Below, piece by piece: positions 47,778-62,000 of a stretch of DNA of 64,000 nt (the stretch's first letter is position 1; each line of letters starts with the position of its first letter). The stretch is from NCBI GenBank assembly GCA_040954595.2, contig CM082587.2, positions 4,822,106 to 4,886,105 on the forward strand. Direction: 5' to 3'. This stretch comes from Balanoglossus misakiensis (Eukaryota; Animalia; Hemichordata). The position numbers were made by a program, and so were the translations under genes. A model generated the notes under the pieces. It made no database searches. It was not told the origin of the DNA and saw only the letters and a program-made list of their open reading frames with translations.

Positions 47778-50700
47778 GAATTTTGAAAATTCGCCAAGTC
47801 GAAAAGTGGCCATTTTTGGATGATTTTCATGGGCTATAACCCATGGTTTTGATCAAAAAATGACGAAATTTTGAAAATTCGCGAAGTCGAAAAGTGGACA
47901 TTTTTGGATGATTTTCATGGGCTATAACCCATGGTTTTGATCAAAAAATGACGAAATTTTGAAAATTCGCAAAGTCGAAAAGTGGCCATTTTTGGATGAT
48001 TTTCATGGGCTATAACCCATGGTTTCGATCAAAAAATGACGAAATTTTGAAAATTCGCAAAGTAGAAAAATGGCCATTTTTGGATATTTTCATGGGCTAT
48101 AACCCATAGTTTTCATCAAAAAATGACGAAATTTTGAAATTTCGCGAAGTCGAAAAATTGACATTTCTGGATGATTTTCATGAGCTATAACCCATGGTTT
48201 TTATCCAAAAATCACCAAATTTTGAAATTTCGCGAAGTCGAAAAATTGACATTTCTGGATGATTTTCATGAGCTATAACCCATGGTTTTTATCCAAAAAT
48301 CACCAAATATTGAAATTTCGCGAAGTCGAAAAATTGACATTTCTGGATGATTTTCATGAGCTATAACCCATGGTTTTTATCCAAAAATCACCAAATTTTG
48401 AAATTTCGCGAAGTCGAAAAATTGACATTTCTGGATGATTTTCATGAGCTATAACCCATGGTTTTTATCCAAAAATCACCAAATTTTGAAATTTCGCGAA
48501 GTCGAAAAATTGACATTTCTGGATGATTTTCATGAGCTATAACCCATGGTTTTTATCCAAAAACCACCAAATTTTGAAATTTCGCGAAGTCGAAAAATTG
48601 ACATTTCTGGATGATTTTCATGAGCTATAACCCATGGTTTTTATCCAAAAACCACCAAATTTTGAAATTTCGCGAAGTCGAAAAATTGACATTTCTGGAT
48701 GATTTTCATGAGCTATAACCCATGGTTTTTATCCAAAAACCACCAAATTTTGAAATTTCGCGAAGTCGAAAAATTGACATTTCTGGATGATTTTCATGAG
48801 CTATAACCCATGGTTTTTATCCAAAAACCACCAAATTTTGAAATTTCGCGAAGTCGAAAAATTGACATTTCTGGATGATTTTCATGAGCTATAACCCATG
48901 GTTTTTATCCAAAAACCACCAAATTTTGAAATTTCGCGAAGTCGAAAAATTGACATTTCTGGATGATTTTCATGAGCTATAACCCATGGTTTTTATCCAA
49001 AAACCACCAAATTTTGAAATTTCGCGAAGTCGAAAAATTGACATTTCTGGATGATTTTCATGAGCTATAACCCATGGTTTTTATCCAAAAACCACCAAAT
49101 TTTGAAATTTCGCGAAGTCGAAAAATTGACATTTCTGGATGATTTTCATGAGCTATAACCCATGGTTTTTATCCAAAAACCACCAAATTTTGAAATTTCG
49201 CGAAGTCGAAAAATTGACATTTCTGGATGATTTTCATGAGCTATAACCCATGGTTTTTATCCAAAAACCACCAAATTTTGAAATTTCGCGAAGTCGAAAA
49301 ATTGACATTTCTGGATGATTTTCATGAGCTATAACCCATGGTTTTTATCCAAAAACCACCAAATTTTGAAATTTCGCGAAGTCGAAAAATTGACATTTCT
49401 GGATGATTTTCATGAGCTATAACCCATGGTTTTTATCCAAAAACCACCAAATTTTGAAATTTCGCGAAGTCGAAAAATTGACATTTCTGGATGATTTTCA
49501 TGAGCTATAACCCATGGTTTTTATCCAAAAACCACCAAATTTTGAAATTTCGCGAAGTCGAAAAATTGACATTTCTGGATGATTTTCATGAGCTATAACC
49601 CATGGTTTTTATCCAAAAACCACCAAATTTTGAAATTTCGCGAAGTCGAAAAATTGACATTTCTGGATGATTTTCATGAGCTATAACCCATGGTTTTTAT
49701 CCAAAAATCACCAAATTTTGAAATTTGGCGAAGTCGAAAAATTGACATTTCTGGATGATTTTCATGAGCTATAACCCATGGTTTTTATCCAAAAATCACC
49801 AAATTTTGAAATTTCGCGAAGTCGAAAAATTGACATTTCTGGATGATTTTCATGAGCTATAACCCATGGTTTTTATCCAAAAACCACCAAATTTTGAAAT
49901 TTCGCGAAGTCGAAAAATTGACATTTCTGGATGATTTTCATGAGCTATAACCCATGGTTTTTATCCAAAAACCACCAAATTTTGAAATTTCGCGAAGTCG
50001 AAAAATTGACATTTCTGGATGATTTTCATGAGCTATAACCCATGGTTTTTATCCAAAAACCACCAAATTTTGAAATTTCGCGAAGTCGAAAAATTGACAT
50101 TTCTGGATGATTTTCATGAGCTATAACCCATGGTTTTTATCCAAAAACCACCAAATTTTGAAATTTCGCGAAGTCGAAAAATTGACATTTCTGGATGATT
50201 TTCATGAGCTATAACCCATGGTTTTTATCCAAAAACCACCAAATTTTGAAATTTCGCGAAGTCGAAAAATTGACATTTCTGGATGATTTTCATGAGCTAT
50301 AACCCATGGTTTTTATCCAAAAACCACCAAATTTTGAAATTTCGCGAAGTCGAAAAATTGACATTTCTGGATGATTTTCATGAGCTATAACCCATGGTTT
50401 TTATCCAAAAACCACCAAATTTTGAAATTTCGCGAAGTCGAAAAATTGACATTTCTGGATGATTTTCATGAGCTATAACCCATGGTTTTTATCCAAAAAC
50501 CACCAAATTTTGAAATTTCGCGAAGTCGAAAAATTGACATTTCTGGATGATTTTCATGAGCTATAACCCATGGTTTTTATCCAAAAACCACCAAATTTTG
50601 AAATTTCGCGAAGTCGAAAAATTGACATTTCTGGATGATTTTCATGAGCTATAACCCATGGTTTTTATCCAAAAACCACCAAATTTTGAAATTTCGCGAA

Positions 50701-53700
50701 GTCGAAAAATTGACATTTCTGGATGATTTTCATGAGCTATAACCCATGGTTTTTATCCAAAAACCACCAAATTTTGAAATTTCGCGAAGTCGAAAAATTG
50801 ACATTTCTGGATGATTTTCATGAGCTATAACCCATGGTTTTTATCCAAAAACCACCAAATTTTGAAATTTCGCGAAGTCGAAAAATTGACATTTCTGGAT
50901 GATTTTCATGAGCTATAACCCATGGTTTTTATCCAAAAATCACCAAATTTTGAAATTTCGCGAAGTCGAAAAATTGACATTTCTGGATGATTTTCATGAG
51001 CTATAACCCATGGTTTTTATCCAAAAATCACCAAATTTTGAAATTTCGCGAAGTCGAAAAATTGACATTTCTGGATGATTTTCATGAGCTATAACCCATG
51101 GTTTTTATCCAAAAACCACCAAATTTTGAAATTTCGCGAAGTCGAAAAATTGACATTTCTGGATGATTTTCATGAGCTATAACCCATGGTTTTTATCCAA
51201 AAACCACCAAATTTTGAAATTTCGCGAAGTCGAAAAATTGACATTTCTGGATGATTTTCATGAGCTATAACCCATGGTTTTTATCCAAAAACCACCAAAT
51301 TTTGAAATTTCGCGAAGTCGAAAAATTGACATTTCTGGATGATTTTCATGAGCTATAACCCATGGTTTTTATCCAAAAACCACCAAATTTTGAAATTTCG
51401 CGAAGTCGAAAAATTGACATTTCTGGATGATTTTCATGAGCTATAACCCATGGTTTTTATCCAAAAACCACCAAATTTTGAAATTTCGCGAAGTCGAAAA
51501 ATTGACATTTCTGGATGATTTTCATGAGCTATAACCCATGGTTTTTATCCAAAAACCACCAAATTTTGAAATTTCGCGAAGTCGAAAAATTGACATTTCT
51601 GGATGATTTTCATGAGCTATAACCCATGGTTTTTATCCAAAAACCAGCCAAATTTTGAAATTTCGCGAAGTCGAAAAATTGACATTTCTGGATGATTTTC
51701 ATGAGCTATAACCCATGGTTTTTATCCAAAAACCACCAAATTTTGAAATTTCGCGAAGTCGAAAAATTGACATTTCTGGATGATTTTCATGAGCTATAAC
51801 CCATGGTTTTTATCCAAAAACCACCAAATTTTGAAATTTCGCGAAGTCGAAAAATTGACATTTCTGGATGATTTTCATGAGCTATAACCCATGGTTTTTA
51901 TCCAAAAACCACCAAATTTTGAAATTTCGCGAAGTCGAAAAATTGACATTTCTGGATGATTTTCATGAGCTATAACCCATGGTTTTTATCCAAAAACCAC
52001 CAAATTTTGAAATTTCGCGAAGTCGAAAAATTGACATTTCTGGATGATTTTCATGAGCTATAACCCATGGTTTTTATCCAAAAACCACCAAATTTTGAAA
52101 TTTCGCGAAGTCGAAAAATTGACATTTCTGGATGATTTTCATGAGCTATAACCCATGGTTTTTATCCAAAAACCACCAAATTTTGAAATTTCGCGAAGTC
52201 GAAAAATTGACATTTCTGGATGATTTTCATGAGCTATAACCCATGGTTTTTATCCAAAAACCACCAAATTTTGAAATTTCGCGAAGTCGAAAAATTGACA
52301 TTTCTGGATGATTTTCATGAGCTATAACCCATGGTTTTTATCCAAAAACCACCAAATTTTGAAATTTCGCGAAGTCGAAAAATTGACATTTCTGGATGAT
52401 TTTCATGAGCTATAACCCATGGTTTTTATCCAAAAACCACCAAATTTTGAAATTTCGCGAAGTCGAAAAATTGACATTTCTGGATGATTTTCATGAGCTA
52501 TAACCCATGGTTTTTATCCAAAAACCACCAAATTTTGAAATTTCGCGAAGTCGAAAAATTGACATTTCTGGATGATTTTCATGAGCTATAACCCATGGTT
52601 TTTATCCAAAAACCACCATATTTTGAAATTTCGCGAAGTCGAAAAATTGACATTTCTGGATGATTTTCATGAGCTATAACCCATGGTTTTTATCCAAAAA
52701 CCACCAAATTTTGAAATTTCGCGAAGTCGAAAAATTGACATTTCTGGATGATTTTCATGAGCTATAACCCATGGTTTTTATCCAAAAACCACCAAATTTT
52801 GAAATTTCGCGAAGTCGAAAAATTGACATTTCTGGATGATTTTCATGAGCTATAACCCATGGTTTTTATCCAAAAACCACCAAATTTTGAAATTTCGCGA
52901 AGTCGAAAAATTGACATTTCTGGATGATTTTCATGAGCTATAACCCATGGTTTTTATCCAAAAACCACCAAATTTTGAAATTTCGCGAAGTCGAAAAATT
53001 GACATTTCTGGATGATTTTCATGAGCTATAACCCATGGTTTTTATCCAAAAACCACCAAATTTTGAAATTTCGCGAAGTCGAAAAATTGACATTTCTGGA
53101 TGATTTTCATGAGCTATAACCCATGGTTTTTATCCAAAAACCACCAAATTTTGAAATTTCGCGAAGTCGAAAAATTGACATTTCTGGATGATTTTCATGA
53201 GCTATAACCCATGGTTTTTATCCAAAAACCACCAAATTTTGAAATTTCGCGAAGTCGAAAAATTGACATTTCTGGATGATTTTCATGAGCTATAACCCAT
53301 GGTTTTTATCCAAAAACCACCAAATTTTGAAATTTCGCGAAGTCGAAAAATTGACATTTCTGGATGATTTTCATGAGCTATAACCCATGGTTTTTATCCA
53401 AAAACCACCAAATTTTGAAATTTCGCGAAGTCGAAAAATTGACATTTCTGGATGATTTTCATGAGCTATAACCCATGGTTTTTATCCAAAAACCACCAAA
53501 TTTTGAAATTTCGCGAAGTCGAAAAATTGACATTTCTGGATGATTTTCATGAGCTATAACCCATGGTTTTTATCCAAAAACCACCAAATTTTGAAATTTC
53601 GCGAAGTCGAAAAATTGACATTTCTGGATGATTTTCATGAGCTATAACCCATGGTTTTTATCCAAAAACCACCAAATTTTGAAATTTCGCGAAGTCGAAA

Positions 53701-56700
53701 AATTGACATTTCTGGATGATTTTCATGAGCTATAACCCATGGTTTTTATCCAAAAACCACCAAATTTTGAAATTTCGCGAAGTCGAAAAATTGACATTTC
53801 TGGATGATTTTCATGAGCTATAACCCATGGTTTTTATCCAAAAACCACCAAATTTTGAAATTTCGCGAAGTCGAAAAATTGACATTTCTGGATGATTTTC
53901 ATGAGCTATAACCCATGGTTTTTATCCAAAAACCACCAAATTTTGAAATTTCGCGAAGTCGAAAAATTGACATTTCTGGATGATTTTCATGAGCTATAAC
54001 CCATGGTTTTTATCCAAAAACCACCAAATTTTGAAATTTCGCGAAGTCGAAAAATTGACATTTCTGGATGATTTTCATGAGCTATAACCCATGGTTTTTA
54101 TCCAAAAACCACCAAATTTTGAAATTTCGCGAAGTCGAAAAATTGACATTTCTGGATGATTTTCATGAGCTATAACCCATGGTTTTTATCCAAAAACCAC
54201 CAAATTTTGAAATTTCGCGAAGTCGAAAAATTGACATTTCTGGATGATTTTCATGAGCTATAACCCATGGTTTTTATCCAAAAACCACCAAATTTTGAAA
54301 TTTCGCGAAGTCGAAAAATTGACATTTCTGGATGATTTTCATGAGCTATAACCCATGGTTTTTATCCAAAAACCACCAAATTTTGAAATTTCGCGAAGTC
54401 GAAAAATTGACATTTCTGGATGATTTTCATGAGCTATAACCCATGGTTTTTATCCAAAAACCACCAAATTTTGAAATTTCGCGAAGTCGAAAAATTGACA
54501 TTTCTGGATGATTTTCATGAGCTATAACCCATGGTTTTTATCCAAAAACCACCAAATTTTGAAATTTCGCGAAGTCGAAAAATTGACATTTCTGGATGAT
54601 TTTCATGAGCTATAACCCATGGTTTTTATCCAAAAACCACCAAATTTTGAAATTTCGCGAAGTCGAAAAATTGACATTTCTGGATGATTTTCATGAGCTA
54701 TAACCCATGGTTTTTATCCAAAAACCACCAAATTTTGAAATTTCGCGAAGTCGAAAAATTGACATTTCTGGATGATTTTCATGAGCTATAACCCATGGTT
54801 TTTATCCAAAAACCACCAAATTTTGAAATTTCGCGACTACGAAAAATTGACATTTCTGGATGATTTTCATGAGCTATAACCCATGGTTTTTATCCAAAAA
54901 CCACCAAATTTTGAAATTTCGCGAAGTCGAAAAATTGACATTTCTGGATGATTTTCATGAGCTATAACCCATGGTTTTTATCCAAAAACCACCAAATTTT
55001 GAAATTTCGCGAAGTCGAAAAATTGACATTTCTGGATGATTTTCATGAGCTATAACCCATGGTTTTTATCCAAAAACCACCAAATTTTGAAATTTCGCGA
55101 AGTCGAAAAATTGACATTTCTGGATGATTTTCATGAGCTATAACCCATGGTTTTTATCCAAAAACCACCAAATTTTGAAATTTCGCGAAGTCGAAAAATT
55201 GACATTTCTGGATGATTTTCATGAGCTATAACCCATGGTTTTTATCCAAAAACCACCAAATTTTGAAATTTCGCGAAGTCGAAAAATTGACATTTCTGGA
55301 TGATTTTCATGAGCTATAACCCATGGTTTTTATCCAAAAACCACCAAATTTTGAAATTTCGCGAAGTCGAAAAATTGACATTTCTGGATGATTTTCATGA
55401 GCTATAACCCATGGTTTTTATCCAAAAACCACCAAATTTTGAAATTTCGCGAAGTCGAAAAATTGACATTTCTGGATGATTTTCATGAGCTATAACCCAT
55501 GGTTTTTATCCAAAAACCACCAAATTTTGAAATTTCGCGACTACGAAAAATTGACATTTCTGGATGATTTTCATGAGCTATAACCCATGGTTTTTATCCA
55601 AAAACCACCAAATTTTGAAATTTCGCGAAGTCGAAAAATTGACATTTCTGGATGATTTTCATGAGCTATAACCCATGGTTTTTATCCAAAAACCACCAAA
55701 TTTTGAAATTTCGCGAAGTCGAAAAATTGACATTTCTGGATGATTTTCATGAGCTATAACCCATGGTTTTTATCCAAAAACCACCAAATTTTGAAATTTC
55801 GCGAAGTCGAAAAATTGACATTTCTGGATGATTTTCATGAGCTATAACCCATGGTTTTTATCCAAAAACCACCAAATTTTGAAATTTCGCGAAGTCGAAA
55901 AATTGACATTTCTGGATGATTTTCATGAGCTATAACCCATGGTTTTTATCCAAAAACCACCAAATTTTGAAATTTCGCGAAGTCGAAAAATTGACATTTC
56001 TGGATGATTTTCATGAGCTATAACCCATGGTTTTTATCCAAAAACCACCAAATTTTGAAATTTCGCGAAGTCGAAAAATTGACATTTCTGGATGATTTTC
56101 ATGAGCTATAACCCATGGTTTTTATCCAAAAACCACCAAATTTTGAAATTTCGCGAAGTCGAAAAATTGACATTTCTGGATGATTTTCATGAGCTATAAC
56201 CCATGGTTTTTATGCAAAAACCACCAAATTTTGAAATTTCGCGAAGTCGAAAAATTGACATTTCTGGATGATTTTCATGAGCTATAACCCATGGTTTTTA
56301 TGCAAAAACCACCAAATTTTGAAATTTCGCGAAGTCGAAAAATTGACATTTCTGGATGATTTTCATGAGCTATAACCCATGGTTTTTATGCAAAAACCAC
56401 CAAATTTTGAAATTTCGTGAAGTCGAAAAATTGACATTTCTGGATGATTTTCATGAGCTATAACCCATGGTTTTTATCCAAAAACCACCAAATTTTGAAA
56501 TTTCGCGAAGTCGAAAAATTGACATTTCTGGATGATTTTCATGAGCTATAACCCATGGTTTTTATCCAAAAACCACCAAATTTTGAAATTTCGCGAAGTC
56601 GAAAAATTGACATTTCTGGATGATTTTCATGAGCTATAACCCATGGTTTTTATCCAAAAACCACCAAATTTTGAAATTTCGCGAAGTCGAAAAATTGACA

Positions 56701-59055
56701 TTTCTGGATGATTTTCATGAGCTATAACCCATGGTTTTTATCCAAAAACCACCAAATTTTGAAATTTCGCGAAGTCGAAAAATTGACATTTCTGGATGAT
56801 TTTCATTAGCTATAACCCATGGTTTTTATCCAAAAACCACCAAATTTTGAAATTTCGCGAAGTCGAAAAATTGACATTTCTGGATGATTTTCATGAGCTA
56901 TAACCCATGGTTTTTATCCAAAAACCAACAAATTTTGAAATTTCGCGAAGTCGAAAAATTGACATTTCTGGATGATTTTCATGAGCTATAACCCATGGTT
57001 TTTATCCAAAAACCACCAAATTTTGAAATTTCGCGAAGTCGAAAAATTGACATTTCTGGATGATTTTCATGAGCTATAACCCATGGTTTTTATCCAAAAA
57101 CCACCATATTTTGAAATTTCGCGAAGTCGAAAAATTGACATTTCTGGATGATTTTCATGAGCTATAACCCATGGTTTTTATCCAAAAACCACCATATTTT
57201 GAAATTTCGCGAAGTCGAAAAATTGACATTTCTGGATGATTTTCATGAGCTATAACCCATGGTTTTTATCCAAAAACCACCATATTTTGAAATTTCGCGA
57301 AGTCGAAAAATTGACATTTCTGGATGATTTTCATGAGCTATAACCCATGGTTTTTATCCAAAAACCACCATATTTTGAAATTTCGCGAAGTCGAAAAATT
57401 GACATTTCTGGATGATTTTCATGAGCTATAACCCATGGTTTTTATCCAAAAACCACCAAATTTTGAAATTTCGCGAAGTCGAAAAATTGACATTTCTGGA
57501 TGATTTTCATAAGCTATAACCCATGGTTTTTATCCAAAAACCACCAAATTTTGAAATTTCGCGAAGTCGAAAAATTGACATTTCTGGATGATTTTCATGA
57601 GCTATAACCCATGGTTTTTATCCAAAAACCACCAAATTTTGAAATTTCGCGAAGTCGAAAAATTGACATTTCTGGATGATTTTCATGAGCTATAACCCAT
57701 GGTTTTTATCCAAAAACCACCAAATTTTGAAATTTCGCGAAGTCGAAAAATTGACATTTTTGGATGATTTTCATGAGCTATAACCCATGGTTTTTATCCA
57801 AAAACCACCAAATTTTGAAATTTCGCGAAGTCGAAAAATTGACATTTCTGGATGATTTTCATGAGCTATAACCCATGGTTTTTATCCAAAAACCACCAAA
57901 TTTTGAAATTTCGCGAAGTCGAAAAATTGACATTTCTGGATGATTTTCATGAGCTATAACCCATGGTTTTTATCCAAAAACCACCAAATTTTGAAATTTC
58001 GCGAAGTCGAAAAATTGACATTTCTGGATGATTTTCATGAGCTATAACCCATGGTTTTTATCCAAAAACCACCAAATTTTGAAATTTCGCGAAGTCGAAA
58101 AATTGACATTTCTGGATGATTTTCATGAGCTATAACCCATGGTTTTTATCCAAAAACCACCAAATTTTGAAATTTCGCGAAGTCGAAAAATTGACATTTC
58201 TGGATGATTTTCATGAGCTATAACCCATGGTTTTTATCCAAAAACCACCAAATTTTGAAATTTCGCGAAGTCGAAAAATTGACATTTCTGGATGATTTTC
58301 ATGAGCTATAACCCATGGTTTTTATCCAAAAACCACCAAATTTTGAAATTTCGCGAAGTCGAAAAATTGACATTTCTGGATGATTTTCATGAGCTATAAC
58401 CCATGGTTTTTATCCAAAAACCACCAAATTTTGAAATTTCGCGAAGTCGAAAAATTGACATTTCTGGATGATTTTCATGAGCTATAACCCATGGTTTTTA
58501 TCCAAAAACCACCAAATTTTGAAATTTCGCGAAGTCGAAAAATTGACATTTCTGGATGATTTTCATGAGCTATAACCCATGGTTTTTATCCAAAAACCAC
58601 CAAATTTTGAAATTTCGCGAAGTCGAAAAATTGACATTTCTGGATGATTTTCATGAGCTATAACCCATGGTTTTTATCCAAAAACCACCAAATTTTGAAA
58701 TTTCGCGAAGTCGAAAAATTGACATTTCAGGATGATTTTCATGAGCTATAACCCATGGTTTTTATTCAAAAACCACCAAATTTTGAAATTTCGCGAAGTC
58801 GAAAAATTGACATTTCTGGATGATTTTCATGAGCTATAACCCATGGTTTTTATCCAAAAACCACCAAATTTTGAAATTTCGCGAAGTCGAAAAATTGACA
58901 TTTCTGGATGATTTTCATGAGCTATAACCCATGGTTTTTATCCAAAAACCACCAAATTTTGAAATTTCGCGAAGTCGAAAAATTGACATTTCTGGATGAT
59001 TTTCATGAGCTATAACCCATGGTTTTTATCCAAAAACCACCAATTTTGAAATTTC
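47778..59055 (+). repeat. 88-bp satellite DNA array, forward block (~128 units)
   Basis: Unit: ttttgaaatttcgcgaagtcgaaaaattgacatttctggatgattttcatgagctataacccatggtttttatccaaaaaccaccaaa. The line register repeats every 1320 bp (15 x 88). The first ~4 units are diverged. Confidence 0.98.
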
Positions 59056-62000
59056 AATTTTTCGACTTCGCGAAATTCAAATTTCAAAATTTGGTGGTTT
59101 TTGGATAAAAACCATGGGTTATAGCTCATGAAAATCATCCAGAAATGTCAATTTTTCGACTTCGCGAAATTTCAAAATTTGGTGGTTTTTGGATAAAAAC
59201 CATGGGTTATAGCTCATGAAAATCATCCAGAAATGTCAATTTTTCGACTTCGCGAAATTTCAAAATTTGGTGGTTTTTGGATAAAAACCATGGGTTATAG
59301 CTCATGAAAATCATCCAGAAATGTCAATTTTTCGACTTCGCGAAATTTCAAAATTTGGTGGTTTTTGGATAAAAACCATGGGTTATAGCTCATGAAAATC
59401 ATCCAGAAATGTCAATTTTTCGACTTCGCGAAATTTCAAAATTTGGTGGTTTTTGGATAAAAACCATGGGTTATAGCTCATGAAAATCATCCAGAAATGT
59501 CAATTTTTCGACTTCGCGAAATTTCAAAATTTGGTGGTTTTTGGATAAAAACCATGGGTTATAGCTCATGAAAATCATCCAGAAATGTCAATTTTTCGAC
59601 TTCGCGAAATTTCAAAATTTGGTGGTTTTTGGATAAAAACCATGGGTTATAGCTCATGAAAATCATCCAGAAATGTCAATTTTTCGACTTCGCGAAATTT
59701 CAAAATTTGGTGGTTTTTGGATAAAAACCATGGGTTATAGCTCATGAAAATCATCCAGAAATGTCAATTTTTCGACTTCGCGAAATTTCAAAATTTGGTG
59801 GTTTTTGGATAAAAACCATGGGTTATAGCTCATGAAAATCATCCAGAAATGTCAATTTTTCGACTTCGCGAAATTTCAAAATTTGGTGGTTTTTGGATAA
59901 AAACCATGGGTTATAGCTCATGAAAATCATCCAGAAATGTCAATTTTTCGACTTCGCGAAATTTCAAAATTTGGTGGTTTTTGGATAAAAACCATGGGTT
60001 ATAGCTCATGAAAATCATCCAGAAATGTCAATTTTTCGACTTCGCGAAATTTCAAAATTTGGTGGTTTTTGGATAAAAACCATGGGTTATAGCTCATGAA
60101 AATCATCCAGAAATGTCAATTTTTCGACTTCGCGAAATTTCAAATTTGGTGGTTTTTGGATAAAAACCATGGGTTATAGCTCATGAAAATCATCCAGAAA
60201 TGTCAATTTTTCGACTTCGCGAAATTTCAAAATTTGGTGGTTTTTGGATAAAAACCATGGGTTATAGCTCATGAAAATCATCCAGAAATGTCAATTTTTC
60301 GACTTCGCGAAATTTCAAAATTTGGTGGTTTTTGGATAAAAACCATGGGTTATAGCTCATGAAAATCATCCAGAAATGTCAATTTTTCGACTTCGCGAAA
60401 TTTCAAAATTTGGTGGTTTTTGGATAAAAACCATGGGTTATAGCTCATGAAAATCATCCAGAAATGTCAATTTTTCGACTTCGCGAAATTTCAAAATTTG
60501 GTGGTTTTTGGATAAAAACCATGGGTTATAGCTCATGAAAATCATCCAGAAATGTCAATTTTTCGACTTCGCGAAATTTCAAAATTTGGTGGTTTTTGGA
60601 TAAAATGGATAAAAACCATGGGTTATAGCTCATGAAAATCATCCAGAAATGTCAATTTTTCGACTTCGCGAAATTTCAAAATTTGGTGGTTTTTGGATAA
60701 AAACCATGGGTTATAGCTCATGAAAATCATCCAGAAATGTCAATTTTTCGACTTCGCGAAATTTCAAAATTTGGTGGTTTTTGGATAAAAACCATGGGTT
60801 ATAGCTCATGAAAATCATCCAGAAATGTCAATTTTTCGACTTCGCGAAATTTCAAAATTTGGTGGTTTTTGGATAAAAACCATGGGTTATAGCTCATGAA
60901 AATCATCCAGAAATGTCAATTTTTCGACTTCGCGAAATTTCAAAATTTGGTGGTTTTTGGATAAAAACCATGGGTTATAGCTCATGAAAATCATCCAGAA
61001 ATGTCAATTTTTCGACTTCGCGAAATTTCAAAATTTGGTGATTTTTGGATAAAAACCATGGGTTATAGCTCATGAAAATCATCCAGAAATGTCAATTTTT
61101 CGACTTCGCGAAATTTCAAAATTTGGTGATTTTTGGATAAAAACCATGGGTTATAGCTCATGAAAATCATCCAGAAATGTCAATTTTTCGACTTCGCGAA
61201 ATTTCAAAATTTGGTGATTTTTGGATAAAAACCATGGGTTATAGCTCATGAAAATCATCCAGAAATGTCAATTTTTCGACTTCGCGAAATTTCAAAATTT
61301 GGTGATTTTTGGATAAAAACCATGGGTTATAGCTCATGAAAATCATCCAGAAATGTCAATTTTTCGACTTCGCGAAATTTCAAAATTTGGTGATTTTTGG
61401 ATAAAAACCATGGGTTATAGCTCATGAAAATCATCCAGAAATGTCAATTTTTCGACTTCGCGAAATTTCAAAATTTGGTGATTTTTGGATAAAAACCATG
61501 GGTTATAGCTCATGAAAATCATCCAGAAATGTCAATTTTTCGACTTCGCGAAATTTCAAAATTTGGTGATTTTTGGATAAAAACCATGGGTTATAGCTCA
61601 TGAAAATCATCCAGAAATGTCAATTTTTCGACTTCGCGAAATTTCAAAATTTGGTGATTTTTGGATAAAAACCATGGGTTATAGCTCATGAAAATCATCC
61701 AGAAATGTCAATTTTTCGACTTCGCGAAATTTCAAAATTTGGTGATTTTTGGATAAAAACCATGGGTTATAGCTCATGAAAATCATCCAGAAATGTCAAT
61801 TTTTCGACTTCGCGAAATTTCAAAATTTGGTGATTTTTGGATAAAAACCATGGGTTATAGCTCATGAAAATCATCCAGAAATGTCAATTTTTCGACTTCG
61901 CGAAATTTCAAAATTTGGTGATTTTTGGATAAAAACCATGGGTTATAGCTCATGAAAATCATCCAGAAATGTCAATTTTTCGACTTCGCGAAATTTCAAA

